50,585 bases of DNA from Ancylonema sp. (lineage: Eukaryota), in assembly GCA_050230475.1 (NCBI GenBank), contig JBFLGF010000195.1:1-50585 (forward strand), given 5' to 3'. Positions 13,256 through 25,685 of the stretch are shown here, in pieces. Each line of letters starts with the position of its first letter. Within the stretch, counting starts at the first letter, position 1. The notes below the pieces were generated by a model that did not search any database, had not been told where the DNA came from, and saw only the letters and a program-made list of their open reading frames with translations. The position numbers and the translations under genes were made by a program.

Positions 13256-13884
13256 AACTTCCTGGGCTATGTTTTCTCGCACTGAAGAGGGAAGAGGTTT
13301 AGGGGTTGCCTTCTTGTCTCTATCGCCGTCCATCCAGACCAAAGTTGACCGCACCGCGCCGTCGATCTAATGTCCTCCAATTTCTACCGGTGTCCACTGT
13401 TGAACTGCGTCCGTGGGATGGGTTCGCCCGCACTGTGTGGCCAGCCTGTTTCTCAGCCGCGGATCAAAATCGGGTGGACCAGTATTGACTTTTCCAACGT
13501 GCACATATGCACGTATCGTACCGATTAAATCAGAGAAACCGAACGACGGAAGTGAATAGGAAACACACATTTATGAGTATTATTACATAATTTATGCTAC
13601 TTAATCCCCTATCCACAAAAAAACATATTATTCTATAAACAACCCCGCACCCCTATCCCCCTCCCGCCAATAATGTTTTTCATCCCCCACCCCTGCTACG
13701 AGTCCTTGGTAGCCTATAAATCACCCCCCAGATTCCCACACCTATAATCTAGCCTTGTGGGAGGGGTGATAAATACTATAGATGCAGGGGTGAGAATTCA
13801 GTTTAAATTATGTATGTATGTCTAATATTTAAGGGCAAACAAATGGCGCATGCTCGTATGAGCAGAATGCGTTGTCAACAAGGG
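13256..13884 (+). repeat. 629-bp direct duplication, copy 2, starting immediately after an N at 13255
   Basis: Same sequence as 10711-11339; abuts the only ambiguous base seen in the window. Confidence 0.95.
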
Positions 13885-15415
13885 TCCAGTAAATAATCGT
13901 TAAAAGGCCCTGTCAGCCCATGTATGATCGTGTGCCAATATGGCGTATTGTGCCGCGGGTTGCAATCAAGAACCGGTGCAGGCGAAGATGGCGCAAAAAG
14001 TTTCACTGTATAGCGGTAAATATGATTGTTGCATTTACTTCCGTACAGTTTATGTACAGCTCGTAATGTGACCTTTGCGGTCGGGCCATCTGGCCCCGCC
14101 GGCATAGTGGCGGGAAATATACACGTAGATGTATTTTAGCGTACGTTCGCTACGTTTCGTAGTTACTAGACGACAGTTTAGTCACGTTCGGTGACTGCAG
14201 CCGTGCAGCAGCTTACTCTGACAGCATTCTGTCAGAGTGAGCCCCGTGGTGCTATTAACCTTTCCTTGCATTGCCTTGCGTTGCGATCGTGTTATGTGCA
14301 TCCTGGCTGACGCTGTTTTACATCGTGTGATTACGCTTCGCTCTTTTCGCTGATCGTGAATGCTTTCGTAAATCGAGCCTTAAGCATATCCGATCTGGCC
14401 CATATCATAGTTCCGTGCACTCACGCACAATTACCCAAGCAACCGTCTTGCCTTGGGCTAATCGTCACTCTGGCAGAACTCAAACTCGAAATCTGATCAT
14501 CTCCACATGATGGTGTAGAGATATGAGAGTTGTGCACGTGCACCCGATGGTGCGTGATGTAGATGAGTGAGTGAGAGTTGTATAGTGGCACACATGGCAT
14601 GAGATGCATGTATGTAGTGCATTATACTACACGTGCGGGTTCGCAAGTGTGAGGCGGTTAATGTATGCGATGTTTTTGCACGCGTGGAAGACACGTGTGA
14701 TGTGTTCGGTAGTGCGATGGCATGTGTGTGTTCGTTAAAGCGGTGAGTCACACTTGTATGTAGACACGATGTTAGATAGCACGACATTCGTTTTCGTCTA
14801 CAATTTTTGTGTGTGTGCACCGACGTCTATGCGTGGTATTACCATTTTTTATTGATTTCACTTTAAAAAAAAATCATATATTCGCATGTTTTAGCTCTTT
14901 GTCGTGAGATAGGTCTTCGCCATTTTGCAGGGACATCTAGTAGACTGGCTTCCTTGTCCTCGTTATTTATTTTCCTCCTCTATACCCTTGTGGAAGAGGT
15001 ATGGTATCACGCATCGTCTTCGGGGATTTCCGTTGTCACCAAATTAGAATCGAAATATTTTAATTTCAACTCTTTTTTTTTCTTTTTTTTCTGGCCGAAG
15101 GTTCATCAGCGCAGAGAACGGAGATTGCGACGCGATTGTGGGAGACTTGCTGTGACGTTGTACACGAACTACGAGAGGTTTCTGTTACACCACGTACACA
15201 CGTGTCACTACGACGCTTTCGCACGGCAGAATATGGAATATGGTGGTTCGCTTTCAGTCGTGGAGCTTCGAATAACTGCACTAGGCTCTTGAAAACACTG
15301 ATTCTGCACTGAATCATCTCTACGTTCAGGGCAGACAGAACTGTAAGAAATCAAAGCCAGGAAGAGTTGCAAAGGAGCACAAGCGCACATCTTCCAGACA
15401 CGCGGCGGACCTGCA

Positions 15416-17726
15416 ATGGCTGAGGTATCACCCACTTCATCGCTCATTAAATAGACAACAGGCTGCGGCGCCATCTGAAGCCTTTGCTTCGTCATAGTAA
15501 CTGTCTGTGATAAATATACATACTCATCTCCGATTTGATCCGCATGATTTTTGGAAAGGTATATGCTAAATACGTGCATTCGTCATTCGATGTGTATGAT
15601 AGCCCTACGCAATGAAACAACACTCATAGTGTCTCAATCCCTTTGACCATAGCCCGTTATTGTATATATGTCGCAAATACTGCCTCTGGCATCGGATAAT
15701 ATTTTACAGATATTTTCGTGACACCTGCAGCGTTACAATTATTTGTAACCACGCGAATGTGATCGCTGTTTCCTCCAGCTTACACGCTTTCGCACACACA
15801 TGTCCAGGTATACAAGGGCGTAGCTGTACTCAAGGGGACAGCTGGCGTGGAGGGTGTTGTTCACCTTTCCCAGGAAAATGGAGGTATGTGTACCCCTGGA
15901 AGGAGGATGCTATGCGGGGATTGTACCCTATGTATGCTGCCATATTTGCCAATCCTCCTCTATTTCGGCAGCCTGCTTATCCAAACTTGAAAATTCGTCT
16001 ACAGGATCAACGACCCTGAAAGTGAAGATCACAGGACTGGCACCTGGCAAGCATGGCTTTCACGTGGTGAGTAGCAGATGGCATGGTACGTGAAATATGT
16101 GACTAAGGCAGTGTTGTCCGCGTGACTGGCCTGTATCTTTTTGGTGTGCTTTTTTGTTCGTTAAAATAAACAATCCGGATTGTGAGCATCATTGTGGTTC
16201 GACCAGTTTCTGAAATTCGTTTTGCTGTTTGTTTCAGCATGAATTTGGTGACACTACGAATGGATGCGTCTCAACTGGTGAGGGACTCCGGATCGCTGAT
16301 TCCAATGCACAGCAGCTTCTGCGCACATCATGTGTCATACACGGGGCACCAACTGAATCGGTGTTGAAAGTTGGAGTCTGCTGCTTATGCTGTCCAGGGG
16401 CTGTTCAGCTATGCGCAAGTCGAGCAAGAGTTTGATAGACAACTGAATCAGTGATTGGTCGATTTTCGATTGGATTAAAATGGTGTAGGACCTCACTTCA
16501 ACCCCAAGAAGGCCCAACATGGCGGCCCCACCGACGCCATTCGCCATGCCGGAGATCTTGGCAACCTCGAGGCAGGCGCAGATGGCAAGCAAAATATAAA
16601 GGAAATAAGAACAATACAACGAAAATCATAGTGACTGAATGCTACCATCGAATCAACTCCCACAACTGTGCCAATGTCGACAAGCGTCACATGCTTCTAC
16701 AGCCAGGTCGCAAAGAATCACTTCAAGGCTGACACGTCCTTGTTGTCGTTTTCCAGGAGTAGCTGAGGCGACGTTCACCGATGTGAATGTGAGTCCATCC
16801 TCCCATCATCCCTGCAATGCTGACCTCCAGTGGTTTCCTGCCCCCCTCGTTGCAATCGTCCCCACAGAACCCGCAGAATGTGCTGAGGCCGGGCTGCCGT
16901 CAGTGTGTGCCATCTCATGAGACTGTGGTGGAGAGGAAGGATGAAAATCTCTGAACACGGTCAACGGAGACATTCCATGGGATTGGAATTCATTGTTAGT
17001 GGCGGTGAACATAAATGCGGTTGGTGCAAACAGTGACAACTGTCTCCCACCTGTGAGGAACACGATTGGGCTACAGAGCTATCATCTGCGGAGCATGCCC
17101 CAAGGCTGCATGGCCTCCGTGGCGCTCTGTCGTGCTTCTCACGTTTCAAGCATCGCTCATTTTTGGCCGCAGATTCCGTTGAGTGGTAAGGATTCCATCG
17201 TGGGGCGTGCGTTTGTTGTGCACGCGGACATAGATGACCTCGGCAAAGGTGAGCCCTGCCCTCACTCACCACGGCCACCCTCGGGGCCATGACCGCAATA
17301 CGATACAAATACACTTCTGACGTATCTGCCATCCTTTGTAGCGAACATGTTTCAGAAGTAAGATGTAAGAGAACTGAAGCTCTTTGTAACCAAACCCCAT
17401 GCTGTAGATGAGAGATGAAAATTGGTTGCCTGCTATGTACTGATTGTAGCACGGCCTCTCTCCTTTCCTTGGCAGGTGGTCATGAGCTCAGTCTCGCCAC
17501 AGGCAATGCTGGCGGTCGTCTGGCGTGTGGTACGTGGAAAGTATTTGTCATGTGCCGTTTGCAACCGTCGTGTATCGCCCACACGCTTTCAGTTTTTTCA
17601 AACTCATATTCGGCGTAGAGTGCATGAAAACAAAAATAGGTTTCAGGAGTCACATTGTGTGACGTCATGTAAGCTTCTTCAGCTATGCCTGTTGAGTGTG
17701 CAGGTGTCATCGGCCTTACTCCCTAG
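15416..17726 (+). CDS. CSD: Cu/Zn superoxide dismutase; exons 15416-15424, 15808-15883, 16005-16066, 16238-16277, 16489-16584, 16757-16788, 17173-17248, 17476-17529, 17704-17726
   Basis: [13 protein letters not shown]...[30 protein letters not shown]...[16 protein letters not shown]...[42 protein letters not shown]. Metal-binding His and disulfide Cys are present. Intron 5 uses a GC donor. Confidence 0.95.
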
Positions 17727-20221
17727 AGTGGGAGATACGGACCGACAACTGCCCCGTAAAACAGCCTCATGCAACACATTGCTGCAAATTAGGCAACCGT
17801 TCCTGAAACGATACGATATAAAAGAGACGATGGAGACTTGAATGATAGAGATGGGATGAGATTGATCCATCGTGTTAGCTACTAGAATTGATAATGTATC
17901 GCCATCATCGATGTGTTTCAAAACTGTCACCGTGAATGGCGCGAGTGGTGTATGCGTGAGTGTGGTGTTACCTTGCAAGATGCAGGATATAGAAATAGAG
18001 TGACTATGCTGTCTCAGATTTGAACGTCGAATCAGATCTTGTCCACCTTGACTCACTTTGACACCACTTTGACTTTGACTTTGACTCTAGAGTATCCAGT
18101 ACCAAGTGATAATAAGACCTCAAAAAAGTCCACCTTCGAGCATTGATTTTGCACAACTTTTGTTTTGTGCTTTGATCGACAGCCCCCTCTAATAAATGAT
18201 GTGGGACATGGGGGCTTACCGGGTCGGCAACATTTGCCTAGTGATGGCGATCAGTCATCTTAAACAAGATGAAGCCTATAGGTCTCCTAGTAGACCTGGA
18301 AAAATATAGCATGTCAGGCGATGCTTCGCATGTTCAACATTATGGGTGTGGCTCACCTTCTTACAGTTTGGAGAGGATGCAACACGGAGTGAGCATCTTC
18401 AGCCCACACACTACATCTACATTCCGCATTGTATGAGGACAAAAATTCGTCCAAAGGTAGAGTGGAGAGTGTCTCTCATGGTGTGGGCGCTCTCAAGAGC
18501 CTACCACCTCACCAACTCGCTAAGCACTTATGGTCTCTATGGTACACACACAGAGCTATGAGAGCAAGGCTGAGGCTGAACATCCAATTCTTGACTCTTG
18601 TTGTACATCCTCGAAAGAGGGATAACCGAACACATATCAATCATGCCTATGAAGCGTCTATTTTGTTGAACAAAGTCATCTCTCCAACATATAAATATTC
18701 AATAGACACAATCATACAAGCAACAAGGGTAGCAACAACTCCTCCTTGTGCATGAAGGGGGTGGGTATAGATTTGGCACACACTAGCCTCCAAGGCAGGC
18801 TCCACTTTCTGAGCTCGTAGAGATTGGAGTTGTGGAGCCTCCACAGTCAAACAACAATTTCCGACAACCCTCCATTTTTATCAGTGAGGACGGGCTACTC
18901 GAGTGGTACTGAACATATTGGGCAGTCTCAAAGAGATTAAAAAGGATCGTAGTCAAGTTCACTTGGTTGTAGATGACGTAAGCAATCACTATGATGGTGT
19001 TGCTGAAGTTATTGTTTCTCACATACTTTGTATTCGTCAAGGCTGCACCTTCAATTGCGGCTACACCTTTATCCAACCAAACGGTAGCGAGATAGAATTG
19101 AACCATTGGAAGGGTTGCGTTTGGGCCGATAAAGCTGCTGCCTAAAGCTTGCAAGTCAACCCCACATACTCTCTTTGTCATGACTTAGGTGGATCATTTA
19201 CTACTATAGAGGAATATCTATGGTTTATAATGCAAAAATGACGTGATGACCAAAAAAGGGAGGCATTAAATAGCGTTAGTGAATATTGTATTTGCATTGG
19301 TTGCAATGGATTATTTTCACTGCAAGGTCAACGCATCTAGACATTCGATTTTGGATCGATGTTATAATTTCCATAAAAGATGTCATACTGACCCCATGCA
19401 CGGAGATATGACCATCACATGAAATTCATTCCAAAAGTTTTATTTGACAAAACAAATGGGTCACGGGGTGGTGATCCTCCAAACCACAAATTGGGTTGAG
19501 CCCAAAACCCACATAGTCAAAACTCGTTGACTACTACGTTGCAAAATTCTGCTTTTACTGCACAAAGACGGTATCTTTTCGCTCTTACACTTTTTTTGAA
19601 ACGTCAGACAACGAGTGTTAGCCCATCTAACAAAGTGACTTTGACAAGCTAGAACTATGCACTGGGCGTATTCTTAATGGTGACATCAAATCACGTTAAC
19701 AACTTGGACCCATCTCTAAATCATGTTGGAAGCAATTTGCAGATCTCGGTGAGTGGCTTGAGGTGTTGTCTCAATCTGTACGAGATGAGAATGCGCATTT
19801 TATGGGCGGTGTATTTGACTTGTTGGGTGTATTGTGTAATCCCGTCAGCCATACTGGACGGCGGAATACTTTGCTACAGAATATTCAAGTCAACCAAGAA
19901 TATCTCGTTGCACAAATGACAACATTCAACAATGTTGAATGTCGTACACATGGCACAATCCCGATGACAAGTGGAATGCACCAAAATGAATTAGTTAGAA
20001 TGAGATCCAAGTGCATACAAGTATCAAACTAGATCTACGGTAATGGACGTTGCACAAACAATGCGGTTTAGTAAAACGAATAACTTAACCTCTCCATGTC
20101 ATGTGAATGACGATATAACTACCTAACTTCCCCATGTCATATGAATGACACTAAAGCTCGCGCTTGTTAACCTGGCAATGCACTCGGTCAATGAAATATC
20201 CGTACTTCATGTATAACAATG

Positions 20222-21438
20222 TGTCGGACATTATTAGATCGTGTGTTTGTATGGTGGAGATTTGTGCTTATACGGCGAGAGTGCCTATAAGATGAATGGT
20301 GCCTACTTTACGCGATGGGCTAATACGATGAAAGATGCTTATACGGTGAAGTGTGCTAATGTGACAAAAGTGCTTATACGATAGAAGGTAGCTACACGGT
20401 GTATGTGCTTGTACGATGAACATTATGCGGGTACGGGTATTCACGGCTTTATTTGTATTTTGAAAGCGCGTGGGTATTCCTCGATAAGTTTCGTGAAGTC
20501 GCACGTGTCCCTCGGACGTATTTGTTATGCCTCGGTTCGGACATAATCTAAGGCCGTAGTTAGACGAAACGACTTGATTGTTCCACCACCTACGGCACAT
20601 TTGGCGGCATCTAGGACGGATTGTGCTGACAGCTGCATTACCAGCCAGCTTAAGTTTACGCGTACAACTTCCTTGTAAATTCACGAGCAATATTCACGTC
20701 GCGTTAAAGGCGCCGTTGGTTTAGCATAAGATCGCGGAGAAACGACAAGGCGAGAAGGGCCAGTTTGTTACTTATGTACATACTAGGCAGTAGCTGCACG
20801 CAGCCAGCACTATCCCAGTATCTTATTTTAGCATCTTCTCAGCTCGAGTGAAGTAGGTGGTAACATCTGTCCTAGTCTACTGCTCTATCATTGGTTAGAC
20901 AGTAAGTCGGCTAGTTACGACGGCTGAGCCGGCGTTGTAAGTTGATACGGCAGGATCGGTAGTTTTCATGCTACTCGCATTGTTCACTAGCTGAGTTCTA
21001 TATCAGTTGTAACATTATGATGAGACCTCATTCGGTCTTATCACTCCTCGGGAACCGCTGATCGATTCACAACTCATATGGTGCAATCTCTCCGTGTGTT
21101 CAGGCTGGCATTTATTGTGTGCTAATTAATTGTGCATTACCTCTTACATCATTCTGAAGCTTCGAACACTTTACGTTCAGACCAACGGCACTGCCTTGCC
21201 ATAGGTGGACTAGAAAATAAATTTTAGCATGTGCTAGACTCGCTTCGGGCGTGTGCTAAGTTCATTGTTAGCGCGCACGTGTGTGTCGCGGGCCTCGACT
21301 AGGCTAAGATCGAATACGACGACATTCCATGTGATACAACGACACATAATTCGCACGTGCATTCCACTCATTACAACGATGATTGTTATATCGAATATGT
21401 TACACGTGTGAATGGACCCGATTTTAAACGGCACGACA
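20222..21438 (+). mobile_element. Solo LTR, family A copy 2 (1217 bp, TGTCG...CGACA, 4-bp TSD AATG)
   Basis: Terminal inverted TGTCG/CGACA, AATG at 20218-20221 and 21439-21442. Homologous to 11703-12842 and, inverted, to 40369-41003 plus 44199-44446. Confidence 0.8.
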
Positions 21439-22139
21439 AATGATTGAGTATCCGTTTGCTTTATAACGAGCTAAGTGAAGTCTCTTTATAAACAAAGTCT
21501 ATTCACTAATGCAAACCTCGCTAAGGCTATTATTGATTGCCCTATTCTACATATTGCATTGTTCAATAAGTTTTTCATAGCAAGATGGACGCAACAATAT
21601 GCACATAGGGAATGGCCCTTTGTAGAACGTGATGGATAAGGGGTAAGGTGGTGAGAGTGCATGTGGTACTCGCAACGAGGTTACGGCCAAAGGTTGAACG
21701 AAATTATTTGTAGCATAATTGTTGAGCGATTGGGTATTAGCAACATGGCCAATGATTGTTTCAGTACGGAGAGTGTTTGCATCGGAGCTGAATATGCTCT
21801 TGCCGACACCAAATCAAACCACACTCATAGCCGTCAAACCCGTCGATCAGATTTCGACACATCTTGCGTGCGATGGTTAACGTTGTTGCGTGAAACGTGA
21901 GATGCACTTGGTCAACTCTGGACCGGTTTCTTTTACTCCTTGGGGAGACACGTCGGTAGACTTCAGTTGTGAGCTGCCCATCTACACGTGGATTCTTGAG
22001 TTGACCATCTGCCCAACTTGTCGGGATGCGGCGAATGGAGGTGCTTGTGGACCTTATTTGTTCCACGTCACACCCTTTTTAAAAACATTATTTCACGCGT
22101 CGACGCGTACATGCCAAAACCACGACCGGAAATTTGTAG

Positions 22140-22975
22140 CATAGACCTCATTTGCTGCTTGAGGTGGTTTCGCGTTGGCCCAGCTTCTGCGCCACGCTCG
22201 CGGGGGCGAGCGCACTTCATCCCATCTGTGCGCGATGCGGTTTACCACATCATTCGTGAGTCGCGCCTGCACGCACATCGGGAGCGCATTGGCTTCCTTC
22301 CTGGATTAGCACCTGGGGGCCGCGGAGGGCGTGCGGACGTTGTGATTTCGGATGTTGCGACGGGGCACACTGTAGGAATAGGTTGTCCATTTGCCTAAGT
22401 TCCTAGTCCGGCATAGTGAATCCGGTCGAAACGGTAGTCCGGACGCATGTTAGTCGACACTTCATTTCTATTGGTCTATGTGCATGTCGGCGTGAGTTAT
22501 TGACTGTGTGTATTGTAAAGTCAGGTGTACACTCCTGATTGGTGCATTAGATAACGTTATATGTTGCATGGTCATGACTCATTCATTTGTATCGGTGAAG
22601 TAGACGTGGTCGCGGATCTGAGTAGGTCGACTTATTTTTGTGTCTAGCGGAACTTGCCCAAGGTCAGACTTTTGGACCTTGGGAATCTAATTGATCATAC
22701 TAGCAAATTCATGGCGTACTCAATCTGATTGAAGTGTGCATGTTCAGTGTATGGGCACTGGTGTGAAAAGAGTATTCTGCGAACTAACTTCTTGAAAGAA
22801 TGGAGTTATCACACACTTTGGTCGACACTGTTGTTGCGGATCCTACCCGACGTGATTTAGTGGAGCGCACCGGAAGACAGGATCTCACCGCCGCTAAAAA
22901 GCGGAGCGGAGGAAGGAAACCTACTAAAAGGATTGCATTTGTGCCCTTCGCTTTTGAGATATACGTTTCATTGTC
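22140..22975 (+). mobile_element. Decayed 3' fragment of an RLE-type (CRE/R2-like) non-LTR retrotransposon, interrupted by a solo LTR
   Basis: Removing 22371-22811 and one TSD rejoins RGGERTSSH.VRDAVYHIIRESRLHAHRE...GRADVVISDVATGHT|LVDTVVADPTRR...FVPFAFE, which resembles the RHD..RD / RxD / DxxVxDP / FVPFAxE pattern of restriction-like endonuclease domains. Frameshifted. Confidence 0.6.
22371..22811. mobile_element. Solo LTR, family B (441 bp, TGTAGG...TTATCA, 5-bp TSD CACAC)
   Basis: CACAC at 22366-22370 and 22812-22816. Excision restores the reading frame GHT-LVD. Confidence 0.8.
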
Positions 22976-24064
22976 TTTTCGTACCATATATAATCGTGTG
23001 GCGCAACCCGTTTTTTCTTAACAACGCCCGATCCGAAACCGTAATTTACTAAACATGTACTTATGCCGTCTCTCGGCCGTACCCCCCCCAAAATGATTAG
23101 CCGATCCACCGGTATTTTTTTCTCTTTCTAGAGTCCCACGGCAAGATTGCCTTAGGGTTGTAAAAAAGCACATGTGACAGTGACAAGCAATCGATCGTTG
23201 ATAATGAAACCAATTTTGTCTGCAATGACTGAAACGATCGATCCGAGTGTATACAATGACAAATGAAAGATGTGTATATCCAGATAGTATCTCGACAAGT
23301 CAAAGTCCAATGCAATAAAGATTGCTATTCTAAACTACTGTGAGCCTGCTATCTCACCCAATAACGATCCGTAGGGCCTCTTTCTGAGCTTGGTCATCTC
23401 TGTTGTCGCTTTATGGCGACGTTCTCAACTCTGCGCTGCCCTCAGCCATTGCACCAAACTAACCTTGTTCGATCCCAACTTGAACCGTTATGAGTCCTCT
23501 ATAAGACAATATTTCCAAATAATACAGCTCAACCTCCAATTGCAATAACATTAGTGAACACAATCTTAATTTGTCCGGATCCAACCATATCGCACTAACG
23601 TGGTTCAACTCCCGAGGTCGTCTACCGACTTTGCGCCGCAAAATTTTCGTATTCACTGTCACAATCCCAGTTCCTCTGCACGTAGTTGCACTCATGGCTT
23701 TCCTTGTTGTCGGTTTTGCGTGTCTTTCCTACTCGTTGGAGCCAGTACGATACTCCGCACGAGCTGCCTCCTATACATGCACATAAAACTAAATGCTGAC
23801 GTATCCCTGCCGCATTCCGAACTTTTAGTTTCAATTCCCCGCTCTACCGTAATTTCCGTTTAATCCCCCTGTAAATTCTCTCGATCGAAGATGGCGACAG
23901 TTAGATAGGTCGGATAGATTTTTGGTCGAGTGTGCAACATTAGCATCTTGAGGGTGTGGAGGATCAGGGCCCTCGACTAGCTCGTTGAGCACATGGTTCC
24001 GTCAGAGATTGCCGATTGCATTGCAAAGTTCGCTAGCACGTGCGATACATGCTAGAATCCTACG

Positions 24065-24139
24065 ACTAGAGCAATCCATGGCCTCCTTACCTCTCCCACC
24101 ACTAGAGCAATCCATGGCCTCCTTACCTCTCCCACCACT
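24065..24139. repeat. Perfect 36-bp tandem duplication
   Basis: actagagcaatccatggcctccttacctctcccacc x2. Confidence 0.95.
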
Positions 24140-25685
24140 GCCCACTCCACTTTCTTTTGCAGAGCTGTATATTGTTGCTAGTTACGTCTAGTATGATTGG
24201 TACACATATTTGTCAGTTTTTGGATATGGAGTTCCTACATAGGCACGTTCTTGTAATGAGGTGGGGTTCTTGTCGTTTTTCAATAATACACAGTTCTTTC
24301 GTTTGTAGAGGTCATGCCAAGAAACGAAATATGTTGTTGGCAAAAGTGTTTCCACCAAGAAATAATGGACGAATACATGCTTCCGTAGAGCCAGATGACA
24401 TCAAACACCTGGGGTGATAGGTCTGTGGCCATTGGTTATTTTAGGTCGCGGGCACATTATCATATTGGAACCTCTCCAAAATATCGAAAACCTCGCAAAA
24501 TCCGAAATCTATTTATAATACTGTACTATCAAAGCACGTTACCACTTACGTTATCACCTATAAGGAATGAATCGTGTAAATCTAAGACGGGCTACGTCCC
24601 AAATTTTTCTCCGGCGCTAAACTTGGAAAACTAGTTTGTGGTTTATCCCGTGTGAGGGGTTGACATAGTCACTTGATTAGGACCATATGTGCACACGTAC
24701 ATCACACGTGTATGTTATTTTTATATGTGTGGCTAAGAAGAGTATCGTACCCGAAGAGACAAGAGTACTGATTCTAGCACGTCCTCTATGACACCGTGTG
24801 TGCCCACAATTCAATTTCGGTTTACCGCGACTCCCAATAGGCATTGTAGGCATCTATACATGAAGGAGTTGTACAACATCACGTGGTGCACTATTGTACA
24901 ACCCGTACCACGCACTGTGACTTGTGCTGCTCGAGGAAGCGATGCCTAGCCCATTTATGGACCATTTCTATTGTTCACATATTTCCTCTAAAGATTGTTT
25001 GCGGTTTCTAGGCTTTTAATGTAACGGCAGGATGCAATCGCATTACTACTCCTAGCGAATTGGAAGGCACAAAATGTGTGGGAGTCCGCTCTTTGTCACG
25101 GGCGGTATGAGGTATGGTTTTGTTGAGTAGTGTGAGGACTTGGCAACCTTCTTGATAGGGAAGCATAAAAAGGGAGGAGATCGGGCACCAAAAACTATGC
25201 GTTCCATAATGAGGTCCGCAACCACACATTTTGTCCACAACAATCGTGGAAGGAAATTGTGAGCCAGCCTAAACCCACCCTTGTCACTCTTCATATGTAC
25301 AACTCATCTCACTCTTTGCAGCCAACGGGGTGAGACGTATGGAACCGATCGTAAGATGATCCCAGGAACAAAATTCAGAGTCGAGCAGATACACATACGA
25401 AGTGCGTATTCATTTGCTAGTGCATGTACACATCTGACCGTCCCACGAAATGAGGGCCGGGGTACATCGCATCAATCAATTCTTTCCTCCCCATACATCG
25501 AAGTAAGCTGTGGAATGAAGTCCACTTGATGATATGAATTCTTGTCACATACGTTGCTCCAATAAAACAAAGTTCTCCGCAACGACTTTCGGAGAGATGT
25601 GATGAGGTACGTCAGTGAGTCATTTGCTCATTTGATTTTGACACCTCGCCTTCCCCCCAAACTCCTTCACTGCCTGCACCGATTC

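Noticed and set aside
18750..19145. Faint Bro-N-like peptide (VGIDLA...QPSIFISEDGLLE) suggesting a viral or TE relic
   Set aside because: Short, frameshifted resemblance only; it cannot be supported without an HMM search.
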